Below, piece after piece: positions 1-8,987 of a stretch of 64,000 nucleotides of DNA (position 1 is its first letter; each line of letters begins with the position of its first letter). Under the pieces are notes generated by a model. That model searched no databases. It worked only from the letters and a program-made list of their open reading frames with translations, and had not been told where the DNA came from. The translations under genes were made by a program, and so were the position numbers. This DNA comes from an uncultured Lachnospiraceae bacterium (GTDB taxonomy: Bacteria; Bacillota; Clostridia; Lachnospirales; Lachnospiraceae). The stretch is taken from positions 251 to 64,250 of the forward strand of contig CAJTYJ010000018.1 of NCBI GenBank assembly GCA_910583895.1, written 5' to 3'.

Positions 1-54
1 TATTATTTTACGACACGTTCTGTCAAAAACCATAATGACAAGGAGGATCATCTT

Positions 55-1098
55 ATGCCCTTATCCTATCACGAACAGATGGATTTAATTAACATAAAAA
101 AATTACGTGAACTTCAAAAGGAACTTCCGGCTTTTGCCAGTGATTTTTTCCGGGCGATGGAGATTAAGAAGGCAACCAACACGCGACGGAATTATGCCTA
201 TGATCTGAGCACTTTCTTCTATTTCCTGAAAACAGAAAATCCCTACTTCAAGAATAAAGATGTCCGTACCCTTCCGGTTTCCGTCCTGGATAATTTGCAG
301 CCGGTGGATATTGAAGAATATCTCTCCTTTCTCACTTACTATGAAAAGGATGGCCAGGTGTACCAGAACCATGAGGAAGGCAAAGCACGAAAATTGGCGA
401 CACTGAACACATTTTTTGGTTATTTTCATAAAAAAGAAATGATTCAGAAAAATGCACCATCTGTGGTAGATGTGCCGAGAGTCAAAGAAAAAAATATCAT
501 CCGTATGGACGCCAACGAAGTAGCCCAACTGATTGACAATATAGAATCTGGAGAAAAACTGACCAAACAGCAGAAAGTCTGGCACAGCCGAAATAAGCTG
601 CGGGATCTGGCAATCGTTGTCACGTTGCTCGGAACAGGTGTTCGAGTGACAGAGCTGGTGGGGCTGGATCTCTCGGACCTGGATTTTGACAATGGTGCCA
701 TACGGGTGATCCGGAAAGGAGGAAGCGAAGATATCGTATATTTTGGAGAAGAAACAGAGGAAATGCTTCGCAATTATCTCGAAGAGCGTCTGGCCATGGA
801 TCCGGAACCCGGGCATGAAAACGCTCTGTTTATCTCTCAGAATAACACCCGGATTACCGTGCGCTCCGTGGAGCGTCTGGTAAAAAAATATGCTTCCACG
901 GCCACTGTCAAAAAAATCACTCCCCATAAACTGCGCAGTACCTATGGAACCTCCCTGTATCAGGAGACCGGTGATATCTACCTGGTGGCCGATGTCCTTG
1001 GACACAAAAACGTCAATACCACCCGAAAGCATTATGCTGCCATGAAGGAAGAAAATAAACGAAAAGCTGCCAATGTTGTGCAGCTAAGAGAACGCTAA
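55..1098 (+). CDS. Tyrosine site-specific recombinase (XerC/XerD / phage-integrase family)
   Basis: 347-aa ORF with AGGAGG about 8 nt upstream of the ATG. Catalytic-domain signatures are TGVRVTEL (Arg), HKLRSTYGT (His-x-x-Arg) and LGHKNVNTTRKHY (His ... Tyr). Confidence 0.9.
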   Translation: MPLSYHEQMDLINIKKLRELQKELPAFASDFFRAMEIKKATNTRRNYAYDLSTFFYFLKTENPYFKNKDVRTLPVSVLDNLQPVDIEEYLSFLTYYEKDGQVYQNHEEGKARKLATLNTFFGYFHKKEMIQKNAPSVVDVPRVKEKNIIRMDANEVAQLIDNIESGEKLTKQQKVWHSRNKLRDLAIVVTLLGTGVRVTELVGLDLSDLDFDNGAIRVIRKGGSEDIVYFGEETEEMLRNYLEERLAMDPEPGHENALFISQNNTRITVRSVERLVKKYASTATVKKITPHKLRSTYGTSLYQETGDIYLVADVLGHKNVNTTRKHYAAMKEENKRKAANVVQLRER

Positions 1099-1103
1099 GA
1101 TAA

Positions 1104-1127
1104 GGAGCGCCAGAATTCCGGCGCTCC
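1104..1127. terminator. Possible bidirectional hairpin between convergent genes
   Basis: GGAGCGCC-agaattcc-GGCGCTCC: 8-bp perfect stem directly after the recombinase stop. No clear T-run follows, so this is weak. Confidence 0.3.
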
Positions 1128-1193
1128 CCTCTCTTCTATCCCATGTCCATACCGGACGAAATTTTATAAAACATATGAATTGCAATCGTCTGT

Positions 1194-2132
1194 TTAATGA
1201 TACGACCACAGATTTTTGATCTGCTTTTCCAACTCTTCATAGGTCCATTTCTTTTCGCTTCTTGCTTTACAATTGGGATCATTAACCAGAAATCCCTTTT
1301 TATCATAACCGTAGATCATGATAAAATGTCCCGCCGCGGTAAAGTCTCCGGCCCGCATGGCACAGATAATCGGGTGTCCTGCATCCAGCTCTTTTTTCAT
1401 CACAAATTCATCCAGTGAAATCTCAGAGCCGGTCACGCCGAATGCCTCCGCCCCGTCGGTCATCAGATCCCAGGATGTTCCCGTTCCTTCTATATAATAC
1501 CCTTGCTCTTCCGAATATCGGGCAACCTTGTCAGGAGTCGCCATTGCATTGTCAGTCAGACCGTAGATCACCATAGACAGGCAGGTTGGTCCGCAGCCGG
1601 AGATTCCGATGCTGCTGGCACCATAGGAACCATATCCCCAGCGCTCGTCCCACTGAAGAAACAGCGGATAGTCACTCTTTTTCTCTTTTTTTGTCAGCTC
1701 TCCATTGACCGTACCGTCATGATCCGGGTATCCTTTTACATAGTCTAACATCTCCGGATTGTTGGCAAGAGCTGCCAGATACACTTCCGGGTAGGATTCA
1801 TAATTGTCCAGAATCTCTTTGAACCCTTTCTTCTCTTCCGCCAGTTCTTCCAGTCTTTCGCGCACTTCTGACTCCACGCGCTGTTTGGGCGCTTCCATCT
1901 CATAGGTTTTCGTACCTGAGAAATGACCAATTGTTCGCAGAAGAAAGAACAAAATCCCTGCCATAACGACAAGAATCAAAAACAGGCAGGCCAGTCTGCA
2001 GATTCGCCTGATCTTCCGGCGCAGCCGTCGCTTTTTCTTTCTGCGCATCTGCTCCCGCCTTCTCATCCGCTCCCGCTCTGTCATCCTTTGTCTTTGCTCC
2101 ATCCCGTCTTTCATCCCTTCGTATGTTCTCAA
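1194..2132 (-). CDS. Membrane-anchored peptidase C39-like (C39_2) domain protein
   Basis: 312-aa ORF with an Arg/Lys-rich N-terminus and one TM helix (LACLFLILVVMAGILFFLL). The C-terminal domain carries WGYGSYG...ISGCGPTCLSMV (Cys nucleophile context) and AAGHFIMIYGYD...VNDP. Confidence 0.75.
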   Translation of the reverse strand: MRTYEGMKDGMEQRQRMTERERMRRREQMRRKKKRRLRRKIRRICRLACLFLILVVMAGILFFLLRTIGHFSGTKTYEMEAPKQRVESEVRERLEELAEEKKGFKEILDNYESYPEVYLAALANNPEMLDYVKGYPDHDGTVNGELTKKEKKSDYPLFLQWDERWGYGSYGASSIGISGCGPTCLSMVIYGLTDNAMATPDKVARYSEEQGYYIEGTGTSWDLMTDGAEAFGVTGSEISLDEFVMKKELDAGHPIICAMRAGDFTAAGHFIMIYGYDKKGFLVNDPNCKARSEKKWTYEELEKQIKNLWSYH

Positions 2133-2225
2133 ATTCTAAGCGAATTCAACAAATATAGAGTAACATATTTTCCGGTTTTTATGTCTGAAGCAAATCATAA
2201 GATTTCTTAAGAAATACTGAAAAGG

Positions 2226-2798
2226 TCAGAAAGACCCGCGTTTCAGCTGTGCTCTGCACTCGCGCCATTTTGGATAATGCTGATCTAAGATCCCGTAAAA
2301 ACGTGCATTGTGTCCGGTTTCCAGAAGATGCGTCAGTTCATGGACAACCACATACTCGATACACTCCTCAGGGAATGCTCCAAGCCAGACACTGATGGAG
2401 ATATTGCCGGATCGGATGCTGCAGCTTCCCCACTGGGAACGGGTGTCCCGGATCGTCACTTTATTACATCGGACTCCCAGGATCCGTTCCCATTTGAGAA
2501 TCAAATCCGGTAGAATTTTTTGCAAATGCTCTCGATAAAAAGCCATCTGCTTTTGCTTATCTTCCTTTTGCATCTCTGGCTTTGTCAAAGATTCGCTGGC
2601 TTTCTTTTGGTACTTCTCTACCCAGCGAAGAATTCGCGGCTGGTTTAGAATCTGTTCCACTGCTTCGTATTTCATGGAACAGGGAATGGAGACACGAATC
2701 ACATCCGGTTCTTCCGGCCGGATCCGAAGATTTGTATGCTTCACTTTCTTTTTCGTAATCTGCACGCGGCAGCCGTGCCAGTTATATTCCTTCATCAT
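2226..2798 (-). CDS. YgjP/DUF45 (SprT-like, M48-type) zinc metallopeptidase
   Basis: 190-aa ORF with WGSCS...ISIS followed by the HExxH motif (VVHELTHLLETGHNARF), typical of the DUF45/YgjP family. Confidence 0.8.
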   Translation of the reverse strand: MMKEYNWHGCRVQITKKKVKHTNLRIRPEEPDVIRVSIPCSMKYEAVEQILNQPRILRWVEKYQKKASESLTKPEMQKEDKQKQMAFYREHLQKILPDLILKWERILGVRCNKVTIRDTRSQWGSCSIRSGNISISVWLGAFPEECIEYVVVHELTHLLETGHNARFYGILDQHYPKWRECRAQLKRGSF

Positions 2799-2808
2799 GC
2801 CTCACGAG

Positions 2809-3792
2809 TTATGCTCTTCTGACATAGGGCTTATTCTCTGTCTCTTTTTCCTGGAATTCCGGCAGGTCTACGGCAGCCTTATAAGCGGCAAAGCCTCTGG
2901 AACTGCCAAGGGAAAGGGGTGCAGCAACAGGTTCGGCATCCGGAAGCACATTGGGCATCTGGATTTTTGTTGCCTGGTTATCCATCATTCCGGCGGCAAT
3001 CATGTATTTGGCTATCCGCTCCTCGTTCATCACCTCGCTGGCCATCAATTCAGCAGCGATGATTTCTTTCTGCCGCATCTCCATTCCTCTCTCTTCCTGC
3101 TCTTCTGTTTCCAGCATTTTTTCTTCTATAAGTTCTTCCGTCATTTCTTTCTTCAGTGCAGCTTCCTGTTGCATCTTTTCCTCCATCTTTTTCTTTCGGG
3201 CTGCCTCCTCTCTTCGCTTCTTCTCTGCTTTTCTCTTTCGGATTTTCTTGTCTTCCTTTGCTTTTGCTTTTTTGCGGGCTTCCAGCTGTTTTTTGTCAAG
3301 ATCCTTCTGCCACGGTTTTCGCGTCACAATAGAGGCCATCTTTTTCTCTGCCTCTTTCATCTGGTTGAGACGAATCATCAGGTACTCTGCATCTTCCTTG
3401 CTCAGATTGGAAGCCATCTCTGCCAGCTTCTGCGTCTTGATCCGCTCTGCATCGTCCCGTGTACGGCACTTTTTCAGACGGTCCTCATAGGCCGCCTGTT
3501 CTTGCTCTAGTGCCATAACTTTCATATAAAGCTGCGGATCATGTTTTTTCAGAAATTCCTTCTCCGCACTGGTCAGCCTGGCGCCTGCCTTAAGTTTTGC
3601 CCGAATCTTTCCAAGCTTCGCCTGAACAGCCGTCTCATCACTGGTCTTTCCTCCGGAAGAGATGGCCTTGGCAAAAGAAGCATGCAGATCCATCTTCTCT
3701 GTCAAAGGGACTTCTCCGGATTCTTTCATTTCCCAGTACCCCTGCATCTTTGTCTGTCTGAGGTATTGGTACATATTGTTGTACAATTCCAT
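2809..3792 (-). CDS. Hypothetical protein with a long Lys/Glu-rich coiled-coil core
   Basis: 327-aa ORF with GGAGGTGA upstream of the ATG. The central ~120 aa are nearly pure K/E/R/A low complexity. No recognisable catalytic motif. Confidence 0.6.
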   Translation of the reverse strand: MELYNNMYQYLRQTKMQGYWEMKESGEVPLTEKMDLHASFAKAISSGGKTSDETAVQAKLGKIRAKLKAGARLTSAEKEFLKKHDPQLYMKVMALEQEQAAYEDRLKKCRTRDDAERIKTQKLAEMASNLSKEDAEYLMIRLNQMKEAEKKMASIVTRKPWQKDLDKKQLEARKKAKAKEDKKIRKRKAEKKRREEAARKKKMEEKMQQEAALKKEMTEELIEEKMLETEEQEERGMEMRQKEIIAAELMASEVMNEERIAKYMIAAGMMDNQATKIQMPNVLPDAEPVAAPLSLGSSRGFAAYKAAVDLPEFQEKETENKPYVRRA

Positions 3793-4053
3793 ATGGTCAG
3801 GTCACCTCCTGACTCCTTCTGCGTCTGATAAACGGTTTCTATACTGTATATGTCGGCTGTGAAGGCGTTTTCCATAAGCTGACAGGGAAATTTTGGAGAT
3901 CTGCAGCAGATCTTTGCTCCTCTTTGCGGTGTTGTCCCGGGCCGGGACCGTAAACTTTTCTGTCCCGGTGACAGCGCTTGATTCTCCTGCGCAAATCGAT
4001 TATGATAAGAACAGCTGTCAGGAATTTATGAATCGAGTAGGAGGTATAAAAAA

Positions 4054-4860
4054 TTGGAAAAACTGATTGTTCTGGGCACCGGAAACGCACAGGCGGTGCA
4101 CTGCTATAATACTTGTTTTGCGATGAAAAAGGGAGATGAATATTTTCTGACTGATGCAGGAGGGGGCAATGGAATCCTTCTTGCTCTGGAAAAACAGCAG
4201 ATCCCTTTGGAACGCATCCATCATATCTTTGTGACCCACGCACACAATGATCATATTCTGGGCATGGTCTGGATGATCCGGATGATCGCCACCAGCATGA
4301 ACAAGGGAAACTATGAGGACAGCCTGCATATTTACTGTCACCGGGAGCTGGTGGATACGATCAAAACACTCTCCTGCCTGACGATCGGGAAAAAGTTCAC
4401 GGCACATTTTGACAGCCGCATCTTGTTTCATATAGTAGAACACAACGACCGAAAAGACATTCTCGGCGACCAGTTTACTTTTTTTGACATTGGATCCTCC
4501 AAGGAAAAACAATATGGCTACTGCATCCATATGGAACAGGGGACCATACTTGCTTTTCCCGGGGATGAACCTTATCATGAAGCACTGTTTCCCTATGTGC
4601 AGGGAGCAGACTGGCTTCTTCATGAGGCCTTTTGCCTGTACAGCCAGCGTGACCGGTTTAAACCTTATGAAAAGCACCACAGTACGGTTATGGATGCCTG
4701 CCGGCTGGCAGAGACGCTCAAAATTCCAAATCTGGTGCTTTGGCACACGGAAGACAAAGACCTGGCGCACAGGAAAGAACGCTATACCGCAGAAGGACGG
4801 CAGCATTATGGCGGAAATCTGTATGTGCCAGAGGATGGTGAGCAGTTTTGCTTCTTATAG
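4054..4860 (+). CDS. MBL-fold metallo-hydrolase
   Basis: 268-aa ORF with a TTG start 10 nt after AGGAGG. Contains the HxHxDH motif (THAHNDHILG) and later His/Asp ligand positions (HEAF, WHTED). Confidence 0.85.
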   Translation: MEKLIVLGTGNAQAVHCYNTCFAMKKGDEYFLTDAGGGNGILLALEKQQIPLERIHHIFVTHAHNDHILGMVWMIRMIATSMNKGNYEDSLHIYCHRELVDTIKTLSCLTIGKKFTAHFDSRILFHIVEHNDRKDILGDQFTFFDIGSSKEKQYGYCIHMEQGTILAFPGDEPYHEALFPYVQGADWLLHEAFCLYSQRDRFKPYEKHHSTVMDACRLAETLKIPNLVLWHTEDKDLAHRKERYTAEGRQHYGGNLYVPEDGEQFCFL

Positions 4861-4924
4861 AGCCTAAGCATCTTCACCCCCTGTTGCATAAACTGAAGAA
4901 AAAGGAAAAACAGGAGATGTATAT

Positions 4925-5419
4925 ATGTATCAGCCTACCCCTTCTTCCCACTTTCAGTATCTGCTGACCCATACTGCTCCGGCAGCAATCGCATGGATCC
5001 AGGGAAATGCCGAACATCCTCAGCTTGCAGGCTCTGTAAAATTTTATCAGACTTCTTATGGCGGCGTTCTTGTGGAAGCCGAGATCTTCGGCCTTCCCAA
5101 TATTCATACGCCTGGTTCCAGTCATTTTTATGGAATGCATATCCATGAGCAGGGGGATTGTACCAGGCCGTTTGATCAGACCGGTGATCATTACAATCCG
5201 GACCACAATCCCCATCCTCAGCATGCAGGTGACCTGCCTCCCTTGATGGGCAATCAAGGATATGCCTGGCATGTTTTCTATGACAAGCGTTTCTTTGTAG
5301 ATGATATCCTAGGAAGATCCGTGATCATCCACAGCATGACCGATGACTTTTCCAGTCAGCCATCCGGCAACTCCGGCGCCAAGATCGGATGCGGAGTGAT
5401 CAAAGCGGCAACTGCCTGA
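4925..5419 (+). CDS. Cu/Zn superoxide dismutase family protein (no signal peptide)
   Basis: 164 aa. Contains GMHIHEQGDC, GDHYNPDHNPHPQHAGDLP, VIIHSMTDDF and GAKIGCGVI. All canonical Cu and Zn His/Asp ligand positions appear present. The N-terminus is not hydrophobic. Confidence 0.85.
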   Translation: MYQPTPSSHFQYLLTHTAPAAIAWIQGNAEHPQLAGSVKFYQTSYGGVLVEAEIFGLPNIHTPGSSHFYGMHIHEQGDCTRPFDQTGDHYNPDHNPHPQHAGDLPPLMGNQGYAWHVFYDKRFFVDDILGRSVIIHSMTDDFSSQPSGNSGAKIGCGVIKAATA

Positions 5420-5421
5420 AC

Positions 5422-6780
5422 TTAACAGGTTTTCACAGGAAAACGCTCCGGCATCCGGATGCCCGCCCGGCTTCGGATGCCGGCTGCACGGATTTTTGCT
5501 TCCTGAATCAGAGACGCTTCGTCAAAAGTCAGGATCTTTCGGTCTCTCATCAGCCATCTGCCGTTGCAGATAGTGCTTTCCACATTGGCAGAATGCATGG
5601 AAGTTACCAGATTGGCGATGGGATCGTGCATAGGCTGCATTCCCACAGAATCCGGATTGATGATGATCAGATCCGCTTTTTTGCCTGGTTCCAGACTTCC
5701 ATAAAGATGTTCCTCCTGCAATGCCTTTGCCCCGTTCATGGTAGCCATACGAAGAATCTCCTGGGCTTTTACGACGGTGGGATCCAGACGCCAGCCTTTG
5801 TGAATCAGGGAAGTCACCCACATCTCGTCCACCATGTCCATCCGGTTGTTGGTGGGTGCCCCGTCGGTTCCGATTGCCACACAGATCCCTTCCCGAAGCA
5901 TTCGCGGCACTTTGGCAAAACCAAGGACCCGCATGGCAGAGGCAGGATTGTGAGATACTTTCACTTCATAGTCCCGGAACATCTCCACTTCTTCATGCGT
6001 CAGCCATACCGTGTGAGCTGCCAAAAGGTTCGGGCCAAGAAACCCCAGATCTCTTAGATGGGTCACTGTCTGCACTCCGAGACGCTCTTTTACATAGTCT
6101 ACCTCAGATTTGGCTTCCGCCACATGCATGTGGATCCCAATGCCGTATCGGTCTGCCAGTTCTTTTGTTCCCAGCAAAAGCTCATCCGTTGCGTTGAAGA
6201 TAGTCCGAACTCCGAGCCAGACCTCCACCCGACCTTCTGCCGTTTTATGAAATCTGCGAATGTCCTCCTCCTGCCGGTCCAGTTCCTCCCTGGTATTGCG
6301 CTGCCAGGCTTTGGGAAGCCCTTCTCCGCAGTCCATGACCGAGTTGGCCAGCTTTGCCCGGATTCCGGCCTCTTCCACCGCCCGGGCCATACCCGATACA
6401 TACTGCCCTCCCGGTTCTGCGATGGCCGTCACACCTGCCTTGATCTGTTCCGCTGCACAGAACAGCGTCGAAATGTAGGAATCCTCTTCGGTCATATGAC
6501 TCTCATAGGGCCAGATGCGGTCGTGCAGCCAGGTCAGCAGATCCACATCATCCGCCAGCCCTCTGGCCAGCTGCTGAGAAGTGTGTACATGGGTGTTGAC
6601 TAGTCCCGGCATCACAAGCTTGCCCGTCAGATCCAGCACTTCATCACAGGTACTCTCATCCACCGCTTCTCCTCCTGCCAGCAGGATTCGGTCATCTTCA
6701 AACAGCAGGTTTCCGTCGGTGTAAACCTGTCCTTCCCTGTTCATGGTTACAATCATGGCATGTTTCAGCAAAGTTCTCAT
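5422..6780 (-). CDS. Amidohydrolase, chlorohydrolase/aminohydrolase type (MTA/SAH deaminase-like)
   Basis: Start trimmed to MRTLLKHAMIVTM (ATG at 6780). Contains GLVNTHVHTSQQ (HxH metal site), GIHMHVAE, HTVWL and GTDGAPTNN (Asp). The exact substrate cannot be assigned from sequence. Confidence 0.8.
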   Translation of the reverse strand: MRTLLKHAMIVTMNREGQVYTDGNLLFEDDRILLAGGEAVDESTCDEVLDLTGKLVMPGLVNTHVHTSQQLARGLADDVDLLTWLHDRIWPYESHMTEEDSYISTLFCAAEQIKAGVTAIAEPGGQYVSGMARAVEEAGIRAKLANSVMDCGEGLPKAWQRNTREELDRQEEDIRRFHKTAEGRVEVWLGVRTIFNATDELLLGTKELADRYGIGIHMHVAEAKSEVDYVKERLGVQTVTHLRDLGFLGPNLLAAHTVWLTHEEVEMFRDYEVKVSHNPASAMRVLGFAKVPRMLREGICVAIGTDGAPTNNRMDMVDEMWVTSLIHKGWRLDPTVVKAQEILRMATMNGAKALQEEHLYGSLEPGKKADLIIINPDSVGMQPMHDPIANLVTSMHSANVESTICNGRWLMRDRKILTFDEASLIQEAKIRAAGIRSRAGIRMPERFPVKTC

Positions 6781-7141
6781 AGACTGCTCCTTTTTCCTTT
6801 CGTAATCGTATTTTTTAGTCAGATTATAACATGAAAGGAATTGTGGTTCAATCCTGAGACTTTTCTGATCCAAAGTAGGACTGTTAAAAACAAGGTACCT
6901 GTGCTATACTGTATTCATGTGCTGACATCTTTATTTTCAGCCTGTGGCACAGAAGGAACTTTTAGCCTGCAGGGCTCAGAAGAAAGGCGATGCGGCGGCA
7001 TTGCTGACCGGCGGTGTCGCAGATGGAAATTCAGGCTTGTCAGCAAACAAAGGGCAAACGGTCTAAGATCCATTGTAAATTTGTTTACAGGAGGATTTTT
7101 GATCAACATTTTATGAAATTACAACAGGAGGAACAGAAATC

Positions 7142-7384
7142 ATGTTTGGATTAATAATCGGACTTTTCACTGGAGGGATTGCCGGCTGGATTGCAGGAAA
7201 AATCATGAACAAGGAAGGCGGTATGATGCAGAATATCCTGCTTGGAATTGTCGGCGGCATCGTGGGAAATGTGGTGCTTGGGATGATCGGTATCCACGGA
7301 AGCGGATTGATTGGAAGCATCATCGTAGCGGTCGTTGGTTCCTGCATTGTCATCTGGCTGGTCAACAATCTGTCCGGACGATGA
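7142..7384 (+). CDS. GlsB/YeaQ/YmgE family stress-response membrane protein
   Basis: 80-aa Gly-rich three-helix membrane protein (MFGLIIGLFTGGIAGWIAGKIM...), with GGAGGA upstream. Confidence 0.85.
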   Translation: MFGLIIGLFTGGIAGWIAGKIMNKEGGMMQNILLGIVGGIVGNVVLGMIGIHGSGLIGSIIVAVVGSCIVIWLVNNLSGR

Positions 7385-7402
7385 AAGAAAGGAGGACTTT
7401 TT

Positions 7403-7981
7403 ATGCGGAGTTATCATAAAACTTGCCTTTTCCTCTGTATTCTTTTCCTGGCCCTGCTAAGCGGCTGTGGGGAAAAGGACCAGACTGAGGAGGTCAAAGA
7501 CAGCACCTCAGAAACCGATACGTCGTCTGCCGTATCAGACAGCAATGCTTCCATTACCTTTGATGCGCAGACCATCGACGGGGCTTCTGTCTCCGGCGAC
7601 GTGTTTTCAAACTCCCGGATTACCATGGTCAATGTGTGGGCCACCTACTGCAATCCCTGTCTGAGTGAGATGCCAGGGCTTGGAGAGCTTGCCAAAGCCT
7701 ATGACACCGAAGATTTTCAGCTGATTGGAATCATCAGCGACGTTGCGGAGGATGCGCAGGAACCGGCGATAAAGACTGCATCGGAACTGATCGGGCAGAC
7801 CGGTGCCGACTACCCGCATCTGCTTTTGAACGAGTCTTTGTACCGCGCGCTTCTGATGGATGTGTCTGCTGTGCCGACTACCTTTTTTATCAGCCAGGAC
7901 GGACAGATCCTGGATACCGTGGTGGGCGCCATGGAAAAATCTGCATGGGAGGAAACCATCAATGCACTTTTGGAACAGTAA
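7403..7981 (+). CDS. TlpA/ResA-like thiol-disulfide oxidoreductase lipoprotein
   Basis: 192 aa. Lipobox LLSGC, Ser/Asp-rich linker, and a thioredoxin fold with WATYCNPC (CxxC). Confidence 0.85.
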   Translation: MRSYHKTCLFLCILFLALLSGCGEKDQTEEVKDSTSETDTSSAVSDSNASITFDAQTIDGASVSGDVFSNSRITMVNVWATYCNPCLSEMPGLGELAKAYDTEDFQLIGIISDVAEDAQEPAIKTASELIGQTGADYPHLLLNESLYRALLMDVSAVPTTFFISQDGQILDTVVGAMEKSAWEETINALLEQ

Positions 7982-8114
7982 ACATCCGTACCTGTGGCTG
8001 TACGGCGTTTTGGCAGGAATTATCTGCTTTATACTTGGACAGGCGCAAGGACAGTTTGCGGTCATCTGGAAAAAGGCTGTGATGATCTGTCTGGAGTGCA
8101 TCGGAATCGGGTGA
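7962..8114 (+). CDS. Small CXXC membrane peptide (CD1871A-like family, from memory)
   Basis: 50-aa ORF MHFWNSKHPYLWLYGVLAGIICFILGQAQGQFAVIWKKAVMICLECIGIG. GGGAGG lies 9 nt upstream. It overlaps the 3' end of the TlpA-like gene by 20 nt. One TM helix plus a C-terminal CLEC motif. In the supplied track it is hidden inside an 84-aa ORF. Confidence 0.6.
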   Translation: MHFWNSKHPYLWLYGVLAGIICFILGQAQGQFAVIWKKAVMICLECIGIG

Positions 8115-8122
8115 GTCGTACT

Positions 8123-8983
8123 ATGGACAGAATGCGTCATACTGTACAACTTTTCTATACCATACTGACCAATGGCTATGCGTACGGTTTTTTGGCCGGG
8201 AAGATCTATCAGGGGAAACTCAAGTATACCTGTGTGCCGGGGCTGAACTGCTACTCCTGCCCCGGAGCAGTCGGCTCCTGCCCCATCGGTGCCCTGCAGG
8301 CCCTGCTAAACCAGCAGGGGTTTCAGATTCCATTCGGTGTGATGGGCTTTCTTTTCCTTTTTGGAAGTTTTCTGGGACGAACTGTGTGCGGATGGTTTTG
8401 TCCGTTCGGCTTTGTGCAGGATCTTCTCTACCGGATTCCTCTGTTTCAAAAAAGAAAACGACTTCCTTTTCACCGAATTTTAAAATACGGAAAATATACA
8501 GTACTTGGACTGCTTGTGTGCATCGGATCCATGTTTTTGTTTGGCGGCTTTGCAAAAGTACCGGCGTTCTGTAAATACCTTTGTCCTTCCGGTACGCTTC
8601 TTGGCGCACTTCCGCTGCTTTCTGCCAATGAAGCACTGCGAAGCCAGATCGGCGGTCTGTTTTTCTGGAAGCTTGGAATCCTGCTTTTTATTCTCCTGCT
8701 TTCTGTAAAGGTTTTCCGGCCTTTTTGCCAGTATCTTTGCCCTTTGGGAGCGATTTACGGCTGGTTCAACCGTTTCAGCCTGGTACAGATCCACTGGGAG
8801 AAGGAAGACTGCATATCCTGCGGCGCCTGTGAGAAGGCATGCCCTGCGGGGCTTTTGATTCAGGAGATCTCCCGCTCTTCCGAGTGCATTCGGTGTGGTA
8901 AATGCGCGTCCGCATGCCCGACCGGATGTCTGCATCCATCCATATATCATTTACATTCTGCAAATAAAAGAAAAGGAGCATAA
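8123..8983 (+). CDS. Polytopic 4Fe-4S ferredoxin-domain membrane protein (NapH/MauN-like)
   Basis: Start trimmed to MDRMRHTV. Contains CYSCPGAVGSCPIG, multiple TM helices with CPFG/CPSG/CPLG motifs, and C-terminal CISCGACEKACP plus CIRCGKCASACP clusters. Confidence 0.85.
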   Translation: MDRMRHTVQLFYTILTNGYAYGFLAGKIYQGKLKYTCVPGLNCYSCPGAVGSCPIGALQALLNQQGFQIPFGVMGFLFLFGSFLGRTVCGWFCPFGFVQDLLYRIPLFQKRKRLPFHRILKYGKYTVLGLLVCIGSMFLFGGFAKVPAFCKYLCPSGTLLGALPLLSANEALRSQIGGLFFWKLGILLFILLLSVKVFRPFCQYLCPLGAIYGWFNRFSLVQIHWEKEDCISCGACEKACPAGLLIQEISRSSECIRCGKCASACPTGCLHPSIYHLHSANKRKGA

Positions 8984-8987
8984 AAAG

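Noticed and set aside
103-1032. A 309-aa minus-strand ORF antisense to the recombinase gene.
   Set aside because: It is a shadow ORF. It has no motifs and no RBS, and the opposite strand encodes a well-supported recombinase.
7045-7075. A c-di-GMP-I (GEMM-I)-like AAAGGGCAAAC motif.
   Set aside because: Only this short word matches. The GAAA tetraloop/receptor arrangement and the ...GACGCAAAGC... segment of GEMM-I are absent.
7113-7154. A 13-codon upstream ORF overlapping the glsB start.
   Set aside because: The nearest Shine-Dalgarno sequence is about 17 nt or more away. The AGGAGG inside the ORF is the glsB RBS, so this is most likely fortuitous.
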